Of a stretch of DNA of 64,000 bases, positions 21,958-32,217 are shown in pieces (the first letter of the stretch is position 1; each line of letters opens with the position of its first letter). The translations under genes and the position numbers were made by a program. Source of the DNA: Candidatus Pelagibacterales bacterium (GTDB lineage: Bacteria > Pseudomonadota > Alphaproteobacteria > Pelagibacterales > Pelagibacteraceae). A model generated the notes under the pieces. The model saw only the letters and a list, made by a program, of their open reading frames with translations. It was not told where the DNA came from and made no database searches. The stretch is from NCBI GenBank assembly GCA_965236125.1, contig CBDEAP010000007.1:2685-66684 (forward strand), given 5' to 3'.

Positions 21958-23514
21958 TTATATAAGTCCTACTTTATCTTTATTTTTAACCACATATAAA
22001 CCAGTTAGAAGTCTTGCAATAAAATATACAGAAAATAGAGTTGTAAAAATTCCAACTCCTAATGTAATTGAAAAACCTTTAATTGGTCCAGATCCCATAA
22101 AAAAAAGAATAACAGCAGCTAATAGTGTTGTTATATTGGCATCTAGAATTGCTGTTCTTGACTTTATGTAACCACTATCAAACGCAATAACATTGTTTTT
22201 TTCTTCTTTAATTTCTTCTTTAATTCTCTCAAAAATAAGTACATTGGCATCAACAGCCATACCAACTGTAAGTATAATGCCTGCAATACCAGGCAATGTT
22301 AAAGTTGCTTCAAAGATGGTTAGTATGCCCATTAATAAAAAAAGGTTTGCTACTAATGTTATATTAGTAATCAAACCAAAAACTTTGTATTTAACAAACA
22401 TAAAAATAATCACTAAACAAAAACCTATAATCAAAGCTATTAAACCTGCGTCTATCGAGTCTTGACCTAAATCAGGACCTACAGTTCTTTCCTCAATTAT
22501 ATTTAAAGGAGCAGGTAAAGCACCGGATCTAAGTAATAATGCTAAATCTGTTGCTGATTGAAATGTAAAACCACCACTGATCTGACCTGATCCTGATACA
22601 ATAGCATCTCTTATTACGGGCGCACTTATAATTTTACCATCTAAAACAATTGCCAATTGTTTTCCAACACCTGTTGAGGTAGCTTTACCAAATCTTTTAG
22701 CTCCTACTCTATCTAAACTAAATGACACAACAGTTTCATTATTTTGTGTGTCCATTCTTGGTTGAGCATCAAGGAGATTATCACCACTTAAAATAATACG
22801 CTTACTAACAAAAGCTTCTTCGGATCCATCTTCATAGCTAAGTTTTTCTACACCAAAATTATCTTCGTCATCATTTTGGGTAACAAATCTAAATGTTAAG
22901 TTAGCTGTTTTACCAAGCAAAGATTTAATTCTCATAGGATCGTCTAATCCAGGTAATTCAACTAAAATCCTATTATTTCCTCTTTTAAGAATATTTGGTT
23001 CATTAGTACCTATTTCATCAATTCTTCTTCTTACAATCTCAATAGCTTGATCTTGAGAGGAAGTATTAAGATTCACTAAGCCTTGTTTTGAAAAAGTTAT
23101 TTCAAAATTACCAGAGTTTTCAGTTACATCCATTTGGTGAGATTTAAATCTTGGGTAATAAGGATTAATCTCGCTATTTTCATCCAAAAAAGATGCTAAC
23201 ACAGTATCAATATTGTCTATTTCAACATCAAAAATAATAGATTTATTTAAGAGTTTTAAATTATTAAGATTTATATTTTTATCTTTGAAATAATTTCTGA
23301 TTGTAGATGTTAGATTTTGTAATTTTTGTTCAATTACTGGCTCATTATCAATTTCTAATAATAGGTAAGAACCTCCCTGAAGGTCCAGACCTAAATTAAT
23401 TTTTTTTTTAAAAAAACTATCATCTGAATTAAATAGATTTGAGAATGCAATAAAAACTAAAACAAGTGTTATCAACGAAACTAAAAAAATTCTTAATTTA
23501 GAAAAATATAACAC
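21958..23514 (-). CDS. secD: Protein translocase subunit SecD
   Basis: LGLDLQGG, VGPDLG, GMAVDANVLIFERIKEE. Confidence 0.96.
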   Translation of the reverse strand: MLYFSKLRIFLVSLITLVLVFIAFSNLFNSDDSFFKKKINLGLDLQGGSYLLLEIDNEPVIEQKLQNLTSTIRNYFKDKNINLNNLKLLNKSIIFDVEIDNIDTVLASFLDENSEINPYYPRFKSHQMDVTENSGNFEITFSKQGLVNLNTSSQDQAIEIVRRRIDEIGTNEPNILKRGNNRILVELPGLDDPMRIKSLLGKTANLTFRFVTQNDDEDNFGVEKLSYEDGSEEAFVSKRIILSGDNLLDAQPRMDTQNNETVVSFSLDRVGAKRFGKATSTGVGKQLAIVLDGKIISAPVIRDAIVSGSGQISGGFTFQSATDLALLLRSGALPAPLNIIEERTVGPDLGQDSIDAGLIALIIGFCLVIIFMFVKYKVFGLITNITLVANLFLLMGILTIFEATLTLPGIAGIILTVGMAVDANVLIFERIKEEIKEEKNNVIAFDSGYIKSRTAILDANITTLLAAVILFFMGSGPIKGFSITLGVGIFTTLFSVYFIARLLTGLYVVKNKDKVGLI

Positions 23515-23524
23515 TTAAAAAAAA

Positions 23525-23812
23525 TTATTTTTTTGCTTCTGGAGAGTTTAAAAGAGCTTGAATTCCTGTTGCTTTTACGATTTCAACTTTAACATTTTCG
23601 GCAATTTGAACTTCTACAGTGTCATTATCAATTACTCTTTCTACAACACCTGTTATCCCACCTGAGGTAATCACTTTATCTCCTCTTTTTAGGCTTTCTA
23701 CCATTGCTTTGTGTTCTTTAACTTTTTTTTGTTGTGGTCTAATTAAGAAAAAATAGAAAATAACAAAGATTAATATTAATGGTATAAATTGACCTATTCC
23801 TGAACTGTCCAT
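23525..23812 (-). CDS. yajC: Preprotein translocase subunit YajC
   Basis: FYFFLIRPQQKK, GDKVITSGGI; RBS AAGGAG. Confidence 0.96.
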   Translation of the reverse strand: MDSSGIGQFIPLILIFVIFYFFLIRPQQKKVKEHKAMVESLKRGDKVITSGGITGVVERVIDNDTVEVQIAENVKVEIVKATGIQALLNSPEAKK

Positions 23813-23867
23813 AATGCTCCTTATTTTTAAAAAGAATTCTTATACTATCTGTTAATTTAAAACAACT

Positions 23868-25124
23868 TTAAATAGCCGTAATTTTATCAATATTATTCAT
23901 GTAAGGTCTTAATTTAGTTGGAACTACTACTGAACCATCTTCTAATTGATAATTTTCCAATATTGCAATCAATGTTCTACCTACTGCAAGTCCACTTCCA
24001 TTTAAAGTTCCAAGAAACATTGTTTCGTTATTTTTTTTGTATCTTGATTTCATTCTATTTGATTGAAACGTAGAACATGAAGAGCATGAAGATATTTCTC
24101 TGTATTTATTTTCAGAAGGTAACCATACTTCAATGTCATAAGTTTTTTCAGCACTGAATCCCATATCTCCAGAACAAAGAATAACTTTTCTATAAGGTAA
24201 TTCTAGCTGGTCTAAAATATCAGTGGCACAATTAGTCATTCTTTCCAATTCAGTCATACATTGATTATTTTCTACAATACTAACCATTTCTACTTTGTAA
24301 AATTGATGCTGACGGATCATACCTTTGGTATCTTTTCCATAACTACCCGCTTCTTTTCTAAAGCATGGTGTTGATGCAACTAATCTCATTGGTAAATTTT
24401 TTTCATCAACTATTTGGTTTTTAACAATATTGGTTAAAATTACTTCAGCAGTTGGGATTAAAAACTTTCTCTCAGAACCATCATCTAATTTAATTTCAAA
24501 TTGGTCATTTTCAAACTTAGGCAATTGACCAGTACCAAACATTGTATTCTCTGATGCTATCAAAGGTGGAGATATTTCTTTATAACCATTTTGATTGATA
24601 TGCGTATCTAGCATAAAATTTGATATTGCTCTTTCCAATAAAGCAAGTTTATCTTTGACAAAAACAAATCTAGAGCCAGTAGTTTTTGTAGCCAAATCAA
24701 AATCAAGCATTCCGAGATTCTCTCCTATCTCATAATGAGATTTTGCTTTGAAATTAAAATTAGGTATTTTTCCAGATTTTAGAACTTCAATGTTATCATT
24801 TTCATCTTTACCAAAAGGTACATCTGCGTGAGGTATATTTGGAATTGTAGATAAAATTTCGTCTAATTCTTTTTTGATTGAAGTTTGCTCTTCTGTTAAA
24901 CTATCAATTTCTTTTGAGATTTCTTTCGACCTTGTAAATAAATTTTGATCTTTTGATTTAGAAATATCTTTTTTTTCTTTCTCTAAATTTTCCTTTTTCT
25001 GAATTAATTCTCTATTTTTTTCATCTAAATCTTTAATTTTATTGATATCGACAGATAATGATCTCTTTTGCAGAGATTTTGCAAATTGTTCGTAATTTTT
25101 TCTTATGTCTTTAATGTTATGCAT
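23868..25124 (-). CDS. serS: Seryl-tRNA synthetase
   Basis: LIPTAEV, FRKEAG, REISSCS, TLNGSGLAVGR. Confidence 0.97.
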   Translation of the reverse strand: MHNIKDIRKNYEQFAKSLQKRSLSVDINKIKDLDEKNRELIQKKENLEKEKKDISKSKDQNLFTRSKEISKEIDSLTEEQTSIKKELDEILSTIPNIPHADVPFGKDENDNIEVLKSGKIPNFNFKAKSHYEIGENLGMLDFDLATKTTGSRFVFVKDKLALLERAISNFMLDTHINQNGYKEISPPLIASENTMFGTGQLPKFENDQFEIKLDDGSERKFLIPTAEVILTNIVKNQIVDEKNLPMRLVASTPCFRKEAGSYGKDTKGMIRQHQFYKVEMVSIVENNQCMTELERMTNCATDILDQLELPYRKVILCSGDMGFSAEKTYDIEVWLPSENKYREISSCSSCSTFQSNRMKSRYKKNNETMFLGTLNGSGLAVGRTLIAILENYQLEDGSVVVPTKLRPYMNNIDKITAI

Positions 25125-25887
25125 CAGAGTCTTTTAAGTGTTTTTTTTCAATAAAATTCACAGAAAATATTGATAATTCATATAATATTAATAATGGAAT
25201 TGCCAAACCAATTTGAGTTATTGGATCTGGGGGAGTTAAAATAGCAGCAGCAGCAAAGATAATTACCACAACATATTTTCTTCTTTTTTTAAGAAATTCA
25301 GAGTCAACTATTCCAACTCTGGCCAGTAAACTTAAGACCACAGGTAACTGAAAACTTATACCAAATGCAAAAATTAATTTCATTACTAGAGATAAATATT
25401 CATTAACTTTTGCTTCTAGTTGAATGGGTAGATTTGTTGAAGCACCTGAACTTTCAAATGATAAAAAAAACTTTATAGCTAGTGGCATAATTAAATAATA
25501 AACCAACATTCCTCCTAATAGAAAAAGAATTGGTGTCAAAATTAGATAAGGTAGGATTGCTGTTTTCTCATGTTTGTATAAACCGGGTGCAATAAATTTC
25601 CATACTTGCATCAATATATATGGGCAAGTCACAAAGAAAGCCGCAAAAAAGGATACCTTTAAATATGTTAAAAAAGTTTCTTGAAGAGCAGTAAAAATCA
25701 ATCTTCTTTCTATACCGTCATCTCTTACTGCTTTAGCGTATGGTTCAACTAAAAAACCGTACAAATGTTCAGAAAAAAAATAACAGCCAATAAAAAAAAT
25801 AATTAAAAATATAAAACTATGAATTAATCTTTTTCTTAGTTCTGCTAAATGGCTAATAAAACCTGTATCGTTATCTTCATTGCTCAT
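25117..25887 (-). CDS. tatC: Twin-arginine translocase TatC
   Basis: HLAELRKRL, FIAPGLY..E, LTPPDP. Confidence 0.96.
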   Translation of the reverse strand: MSNEDNDTGFISHLAELRKRLIHSFIFLIIFFIGCYFFSEHLYGFLVEPYAKAVRDDGIERRLIFTALQETFLTYLKVSFFAAFFVTCPYILMQVWKFIAPGLYKHEKTAILPYLILTPILFLLGGMLVYYLIMPLAIKFFLSFESSGASTNLPIQLEAKVNEYLSLVMKLIFAFGISFQLPVVLSLLARVGIVDSEFLKKRRKYVVVIIFAAAAILTPPDPITQIGLAIPLLILYELSIFSVNFIEKKHLKDSDA

Positions 25888-26104
25888 CTTTATTTTCTTT
25901 TGAATTTTTATTTTTATCTTCTAATGTTTCGTTATCTTCTATTGAAATATTAGCGACATCATTTTGAATATTATTAATATATCTTTTTGTAGTTCCTATC
26001 CACGAACCAACTTTTTTTAACATTATAGGAAAATCTTTGGGACCTAAGACAACAATAGCAACTGCAACCACAATTAAAATCTCAAACCAACCAATAGTAG
26101 GCAT
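25877..26104 (-). CDS. tatB: Twin-arginine translocase TatB
   Basis: IGWFEIL...VVLGPKDFP; between tatA and tatC. Confidence 0.9.
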   Translation of the reverse strand: MPTIGWFEILIVVAVAIVVLGPKDFPIMLKKVGSWIGTTKRYINNIQNDVANISIEDNETLEDKNKNSKENKDEQ

Positions 26105-26109
26105 GTGAT

Positions 26110-26310
26110 TTAATCTTTGTTGTTAGAGTCTTGTTTTTCTTCGGAAATATTTTTAGGCTCAGGTTCATCAGTAATATCTGATGCCATTCCTTTTTTGAAA
26201 CTTTTTATACCTTTGGCTACATCACCCATAAGGCTAGATATTTTGCCTCTACCAAAAAGTAAAACAACTAATATTACTACTATCGCAATTTGCCAAATTC
26301 CTATGCTCAT
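26110..26310 (-). CDS. tatA: Twin-arginine translocase TatA
   Basis: VLLFGRGKI...GIKSFKKG. Confidence 0.95.
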   Translation of the reverse strand: MSIGIWQIAIVVILVVLLFGRGKISSLMGDVAKGIKSFKKGMASDITDEPEPKNISEEKQDSNNKD

Positions 26311-26353
26311 AAAAATCTTATAACCTTTTTAATTTGATTTTAAAAGTACCTTT

Positions 26354-27055
26354 TTAATCTTTATCTTCGGTGTCAAGAGTACTACTTAACATTTCATCAA
26401 TATTTGAATATATATCCTCTTTTTTTTCTTCTTGTTTCTCTTTGAAGAATTTACCAGTACCAAAGATAGCATTATCAACACTAGAGCTATCAATCAAACC
26501 TGCAGCACCTAACTCATCAACCGTAGGCAAATCAGATAGTTTTTGTAAATTAAAATGGCTTAGAAAATCATCTGTTGTAACGTATTGAATTGGTTTTCCA
26601 GGAACATCTTTTCTACCACCTGGTTTAACCCAGTTTAATTCCATAAGGATATCAAGCGTATTAGTACCAAAAGCTACACCTCTTATTTCTTCAATTTCTG
26701 CTCTGGTAACTGGTTGGTGATAGACAATAATAGCTAACGTCTCAACTGCAGCTCTAGACAGTTTTTTCTCAACTGTTTTTTCTTGAGACATAAGATTTGA
26801 TAAATTTGGTGATGTTCTGAAGGACCATTTGTTTGAAATACAAACAAGATTAATACCTCTATTGCTATATTCTTTTTGTAATTTTTCTAATGCTTTTAAT
26901 GTATCGGTCTTTTTTGACAATTTGCTGTCAATGGTATCAATGTCCAGTGGTTCTGCTGCTGCAAAAATAATTGCTTCAATTTCTCTTTCAGCATCAGTTA
27001 ACTTAGATGGAAAGTTAACAACATTATCTTTAGTTAAAATATTTTTTTTATTCAT
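26354..27055 (-). CDS. scpB: SMC-Scp complex subunit ScpB
   Basis: LSRAAVETLAIIVYHQPVTRAEIEEIRGV. Confidence 0.95.
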   Translation of the reverse strand: MNKKNILTKDNVVNFPSKLTDAEREIEAIIFAAAEPLDIDTIDSKLSKKTDTLKALEKLQKEYSNRGINLVCISNKWSFRTSPNLSNLMSQEKTVEKKLSRAAVETLAIIVYHQPVTRAEIEEIRGVAFGTNTLDILMELNWVKPGGRKDVPGKPIQYVTTDDFLSHFNLQKLSDLPTVDELGAAGLIDSSSVDNAIFGTGKFFKEKQEEKKEDIYSNIDEMLSSTLDTEDKD

Positions 27056-27792
27056 TTATTTTCTTTTATATAAATATCATCAAATAAGTTATCTTGTTTA
27101 ATTGTCAAATTTCCTTCTTTAACTAGTTCTAGTGAACCAGCAAAGATACCGGCTTTACCAGTTTTTTTAAATCTCTTACCGCTTTTAAATGTACTTGGGA
27201 TTAAATCATCCAATTTTTTCCAGTCCAATAATTTTCCAAAGAACTCTTTAATTGTTTTAATACCATCTTCGGTTGTAAAAACTGGAAGTTTAGGAATATT
27301 CATTTTGTGAAAATCTTTAGTCATAACAATTGATGAATAAGATTTTAACAATTCAAATAAAGTAAGGTTATACTCTGTACTGTAGATTGATCTTATATTG
27401 CCTTTCATTCCTCTAGATCTAATTTCTCTTCCAAGTCTTTTTCTTTTTAACATTTGTTCTGAAAGTAACCGAATTAATTCTAATTTTTTTAATTGTAATT
27501 TTAATTTTTCAGCTACCTCAAAAACTTTAAATTCTTCCTCTGGTGTTCCAGGTAATAACAATTTAGATTTTAAATAAGCAAGCCATGTGGCCATTAATAA
27601 ATATTCTGAGGCTAACTCTAAATTTAACTCCTTTTCCTTTGTAATAAATTCATGAAATTGGTCAGCTAATTTAGTGATTGAAATATCCTCCAAATTTACT
27701 TTTTGAGCTTTTGCAAGATCTAATAAAACATCAAGTGGTCCATTAAAATTTTCAATTTCAACATTAAATAATAAAGAATCGCTATCAGGCAT
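27052..27792 (-). CDS. scpA: SMC-Scp complex subunit ScpA
   Basis: FNGPLDVLL, ASEYLLMATWLAYLKSKLLLP. Confidence 0.95.
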   Translation of the reverse strand: MPDSDSLLFNVEIENFNGPLDVLLDLAKAQKVNLEDISITKLADQFHEFITKEKELNLELASEYLLMATWLAYLKSKLLLPGTPEEEFKVFEVAEKLKLQLKKLELIRLLSEQMLKRKRLGREIRSRGMKGNIRSIYSTEYNLTLFELLKSYSSIVMTKDFHKMNIPKLPVFTTEDGIKTIKEFFGKLLDWKKLDDLIPSTFKSGKRFKKTGKAGIFAGSLELVKEGNLTIKQDNLFDDIYIKENK

Positions 27793-27800
27793 AAGTAATA

Positions 27801-28748
27801 CTAACTTAAAATCTTATAAAATTCTGATGTTTTTTTGATAATAAACTTATCAATGAAAGGTGAATTATCAGCCACTTGTTTCATTTCACTCATATTGCCA
27901 TTACAATGAAGCACTAAATTACATCCAGCTGCAAAAGCTTTTAAAGTGTTAGTTTTAATAGAGTTTTTTAAACTTTTCATAGAAACGTCATCTGAAATTA
28001 AAATATTTTTAAAACCAATTTTATTTCTGATTAAATTAATAATTTCTTTGGAATGAGTGACTGTATTATGTTTATCAATTTGTTTGTAGACAACATGTGC
28101 TGTCATTGCAAAGAAACTTTTTTTATTTTTAAAAGTATAAAAATCTTTTTTTTCTAAATATTTTAAGGTTTTATTTATGATGGGTGTAAATTTATGACTA
28201 TCTGATTTTGCTAAACCATGTCCTGGTATATGTTTGATTACAGTGCCAATTGAGTTCAAGTGGAATAATTTAATGCAAATATCTCCTATTAAAGAAACTA
28301 TTTTTGGATTTTTGGAAAAAGATCTATCCCCAATTATATTTGAAGCTCCCTTATATTTTAAATCTAATACTGGCAATGTATTTATATTTGCACCAATAAG
28401 TTTCAATAATTCAGAAGTTTTATCTATAAATAATCTAAAATAGATATTAAATTTTTTTTTATCTTCTAAATATAATTTTCCAAAATATTCTGATGTTAAA
28501 TTGTCAAATGAGATTAATTTTTTTAATCTATTTACTCGACCCCCTTCTTGATCTATTAAAATAGGATATTTTTGGTCATTAAATATTTTTTTTATTTGGT
28601 CAGTAAGTTTTTTAGTTTGTTTTATGTCTTTAATATTTCTTGTAAAAAGAATAATTCCCCATGGTTTGTGTTTTTTTAAAAAATTAATTTCATTACTGCT
28701 TAAAGTAAAAGATTTGATACCACATATAAAAGCTTTACGGTTAACCAT
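27801..28748 (-). CDS. nagZ: Beta-N-acetylhexosaminidase (GH3)
   Basis: IDQEGGRV, KHIPGHG...DSH, SDD. Confidence 0.93.
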   Translation of the reverse strand: MVNRKAFICGIKSFTLSSNEINFLKKHKPWGIILFTRNIKDIKQTKKLTDQIKKIFNDQKYPILIDQEGGRVNRLKKLISFDNLTSEYFGKLYLEDKKKFNIYFRLFIDKTSELLKLIGANINTLPVLDLKYKGASNIIGDRSFSKNPKIVSLIGDICIKLFHLNSIGTVIKHIPGHGLAKSDSHKFTPIINKTLKYLEKKDFYTFKNKKSFFAMTAHVVYKQIDKHNTVTHSKEIINLIRNKIGFKNILISDDVSMKSLKNSIKTNTLKAFAAGCNLVLHCNGNMSEMKQVADNSPFIDKFIIKKTSEFYKILS

Positions 28749-29004
28749 TATTTTCTAAGAGTTTCCAAAAATTGTATTTTTTCTTTTTTTTGTTTTGATT
28801 TTGCTGAACATATTCAACAACATTATTGGTATCATCTTCAAGTGTAGGCAAATTGTTTGTATAATTTAATATTTTATCATTTATTGATTTAAGAGAACGG
28901 TAAGAATTTTTTTTATTTTCATCAGAAAAATAATATTTTGCTGACATAAATAAAAAGAAAAAAATAACAATGATAAATACTAAATATTTAATTTCTTTTA
29001 ACAT
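28741..29004 (-). CDS. Small hypothetical protein with a single N-terminal TM helix, at the ftsN syntenic position
   Basis: 87-aa ORF overlapping the argS stop and the nagZ start; hydrophobic residues about 7-24. Confidence 0.75.
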   Translation of the reverse strand: MLKEIKYLVFIIVIFFFLFMSAKYYFSDENKKNSYRSLKSINDKILNYTNNLPTLEDDTNNVVEYVQQNQNKKKKKYNFWKLLENNG

Positions 29005-30734
29005 TACATTTTTTCAGGAGTATCAACACCTACAATATTCATCCCTGATTTTATAATCTCAGCTATAGTTTTTAAAAAAACTAAATTTTTGTCAGAAATG
29101 TTTTTATCTTCATTAATAAATCTCTTTGCAGGATTATCTTTACCTAAATTCCAATATGAGTGAAATTCTGAAGAAAGTTCATAAAGATAAACAGGTAATC
29201 TATGAGGTTCAAGTTTATCACTTGCAGCTTCAATGCATTTGGGCCATTCAGCAATTTTTTTCAATATATTAATTTCATCAGGTTCATACTCAAAGTCAAA
29301 ATTGTTGATATTAAGATCAGATTTAATGTCTTTGTTTAGATGCCGAAAGACGGAAGATATTCTAGCATATGCATACTGTACGTAATAAAGAGGATTATCT
29401 TTTGATTTTTCTTTAACTTTGTCAAAATCAAAATCTAATTCAACATCACTACTTCTATTTAACATAATAAATCGAGTAGCATCTTTTCCAACTTCGTTAA
29501 TTAAATCATCAACAGTAATATAATCACCTTTTCTTTTAGACATTTTAAAAGGTTCGTTATTTTTAATTAGTTTAACAAGTTGACTAACTTTACAAATCAA
29601 TTTATTTTTTTTCCCTGATAGAGCATCGACAGATGATGTAATTCTTTTTATATACCCAGCATGATCAGCACCTAAAATATTAATTAAATAATCAAAATTA
29701 CGATCAATCTTATTTTTATGATAAGCAACATCGCTTGCAAAATAAGTCCAGGAGCCATCTGATTTTTGAAGTGCTCGATCTTTATCATCACCAAAATCAG
29801 TCGATTTGAACAATAATTGCTCTCTTTCAACCCAATTAGCATTATCCTCACCAGCTGGAGCTTTAATTTTACCCTTATAAATAAAGTTATTCTTTTCTAG
29901 AAACTGGATAACTTTATCTACTTCTTTTTGTGATACTAAATTCTTTTCACTTATGAAATTATCATGAATAATTCCTAGAGAAGCTAAGTTTTTTTTGATT
30001 AATAACAAAGCTTCAAGAATAGATTGTTGCGTTAAGACATCTTTGATTTCATCATAATTATCGTAATTAATATCTAATTTTTTTTGAATAATATTATTTG
30101 CAAAATCTATAAGATAATCACCAGGATAAAGATCATCATTATCTGGGAATTCCTCTTTGAATAAAATTTCTCTAATTCTAAAATATACAGATTTTGTAAA
30201 ATTTATAATTTGATTACCATAATCATTAACATAATATTCTTTTGTAACTTTATGTTTGTTAAATTTTAAAACATTACTAATAACATCACCTAAAATAGCT
30301 CCTCGACAATGACCTACATGTAAAGGCCCAGTAGGATTTGCAGATACAAATTCAATTAAATAACTGTTTTTATTTTCTTTATTATTAATTCCATATTCAT
30401 TGAAGTTTTTATTAACTTCTTCAATAAATTTTGCCCAGAAAATAGATTTAAATTTAATATTTATAAAACCAGGTTTTATAGTTGTTATTTCTTGTATTGA
30501 TTGATCTTCATTCTTTAATTTTTCAACAAGTTGATCTGCTATTAATAATGGAGATTTTTTGTTAACTTTAGATAAAAACATTGCAACATTTGTTGATATA
30601 TCTGCATTAAATTTTACTGGAGGAATTTCAACTGTTATGCCCTCTAAACTTTCAGGCAGAATAATTAATCCAGATTTTTTTAAATCTATAATTAAATTTT
30701 TAATTTTATCTAAATATATATCAAAAATATTCAT
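29004..30734 (-). CDS. argS: Arginyl-tRNA synthetase
   Basis: EFVSANPTGPLHVGH, GADH.GY, MSKRKG, YYVQYAYAR. Confidence 0.97.
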   Translation of the reverse strand: MNIFDIYLDKIKNLIIDLKKSGLIILPESLEGITVEIPPVKFNADISTNVAMFLSKVNKKSPLLIADQLVEKLKNEDQSIQEITTIKPGFINIKFKSIFWAKFIEEVNKNFNEYGINNKENKNSYLIEFVSANPTGPLHVGHCRGAILGDVISNVLKFNKHKVTKEYYVNDYGNQIINFTKSVYFRIREILFKEEFPDNDDLYPGDYLIDFANNIIQKKLDINYDNYDEIKDVLTQQSILEALLLIKKNLASLGIIHDNFISEKNLVSQKEVDKVIQFLEKNNFIYKGKIKAPAGEDNANWVEREQLLFKSTDFGDDKDRALQKSDGSWTYFASDVAYHKNKIDRNFDYLINILGADHAGYIKRITSSVDALSGKKNKLICKVSQLVKLIKNNEPFKMSKRKGDYITVDDLINEVGKDATRFIMLNRSSDVELDFDFDKVKEKSKDNPLYYVQYAYARISSVFRHLNKDIKSDLNINNFDFEYEPDEINILKKIAEWPKCIEAASDKLEPHRLPVYLYELSSEFHSYWNLGKDNPAKRFINEDKNISDKNLVFLKTIAEIIKSGMNIVGVDTPEKM

Positions 30735-31849
30735 TTAAGATTTTTATAGAGGTTAATAGCATATCTATCTGTCATACCAGATATAAAATCTGAAATTGAT
30801 CTAAATTTATTTTTATCTAATTCTCGATCTTTAATAAATTTTCTAGGATTTGTTTTTATAATATTAAATAATTTTTTTATAATTTTCTTACCATTATTAT
30901 TTTTATTTAAAACTTCTTTATTATTGTACATATTATATCTTAAAAAAGATTTAATCTCTTTTTCAGATTTTTGGATTTTTTCAGAAAAATTTACAATTAT
31001 ATTTTTTGCATTTTTAACATCATTAATAGAGTTAATTTTATAAATTTTAAGATTTTTTTTTGTGTTATTAATTAAGTCCTTAATCATTAAATCAATTGAG
31101 TTTCTAATAACTTGATATGTAACAATTTTATAATTCTGTTTGTTAATTATTTTTTTATATTTTTTATAAATGTCTTTAAAAAAATTTATTTCGGTTAATT
31201 CTTCAATTTTGAACAAATTGGCATTAATCCCATCTTGGATATCATGATTGTTGTAAGCAATATCATCAGATATTGCTGATATTTGAGCCTCTAATGAAGG
31301 ATAGTGTTTAAAATTAATCATTTTTTTAAAGTTTTTTAATCCAATTAATCTTTCAATCAACTCAATATTCTTAGCTGGTCCATTATGCTTTAGTAATCCG
31401 TCTAAAGTTTCAATTGATAAATTTAAGCCACTAAACTTTAAATATTTATTTTCTAAAAACATCACTATTCTCAATGTTTGTAAATTATGGTCAAATCCAC
31501 CAAACTCTTGCATGCATTCATTAAGGGCATCCTCTCCTGCATGACCAAATGGGGTGTGTCCTAAATCATGAGCTAAACTTAGAGTTTCTGCTAAATCTTC
31601 ATTTAAATTTAAATATCTAGCAACAGACCTTGCTATCTGGGCCACTTCAATGGAATGGGTTATTCTAGTTCTAAAATGATCCCCTTCTGTATTCACAAAT
31701 ACCTGAGTTTTATGTTTTAACCTTCTAAAAGAGGCGCTATGAATAATTCTATCTCTATCTCTTTGAAATGGAGATCGATATTTAGACGTAGGTTCCTTGT
31801 GTAATCTACCGCTAGTTTTAAATTGTCCTAAGTTTAAATATTTTTTCAT
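30731..31849 (-). CDS. dgt: dGTP triphosphohydrolase (HD family)
   Basis: RSPFQRDRDRI, RLKHKTQV, HDLGH.PFGH, DDIAY, GMTD. Confidence 0.93.
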   Translation of the reverse strand: MKKYLNLGQFKTSGRLHKEPTSKYRSPFQRDRDRIIHSASFRRLKHKTQVFVNTEGDHFRTRITHSIEVAQIARSVARYLNLNEDLAETLSLAHDLGHTPFGHAGEDALNECMQEFGGFDHNLQTLRIVMFLENKYLKFSGLNLSIETLDGLLKHNGPAKNIELIERLIGLKNFKKMINFKHYPSLEAQISAISDDIAYNNHDIQDGINANLFKIEELTEINFFKDIYKKYKKIINKQNYKIVTYQVIRNSIDLMIKDLINNTKKNLKIYKINSINDVKNAKNIIVNFSEKIQKSEKEIKSFLRYNMYNNKEVLNKNNNGKKIIKKLFNIIKTNPRKFIKDRELDKNKFRSISDFISGMTDRYAINLYKNLK

Positions 31850-31899
31850 ACTTTAATTTAAATAATTAAGCATTATATTACTAATAACAGTGTTCACTC

Positions 31900-32217
31900 A
31901 TGATTAAAGAAATTAAATTTACTGATAAAGCATTAAAACAGATCAATAACTTACTGACTAAAAAAGATAAAGGTTCCTTTTTTAGAATCGCAATTAAAGG
32001 TGGTGGTTGTTCAGGTTTTCAATATGAATTTACCTTTGATACAAATAAAAATGAAGATGATCTAAATTTTGAAAATATACTTATAGACAAAACCTCTGCC
32101 GATTTACTTAAAGGATCAGAAGTGGATTATGTCTCAGAATTAATAGGTGAAACTTTTAAAATTACTAATCCCCAGTCCAAATCTTCTTGTGGTTGTGGGG
32201 TTTCTTTCTCACTATAA
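31900..32217 (+). CDS. erpA: Fe-S cluster insertion protein (ErpA/IscA, HesB family)
   Basis: GGGCSGFQY, SSCGCGVSF; dgt/erpA-xth synteny. Confidence 0.88.
   Translation: MIKEIKFTDKALKQINNLLTKKDKGSFFRIAIKGGGCSGFQYEFTFDTNKNEDDLNFENILIDKTSADLLKGSEVDYVSELIGETFKITNPQSKSSCGCGVSFSL

Noticed and set aside
30731-31849. dGTPase as an antiphage nucleotide-depletion system
   Set aside because: It sits in the conserved erpA/dgt-argS housekeeping context with no defence genes nearby.
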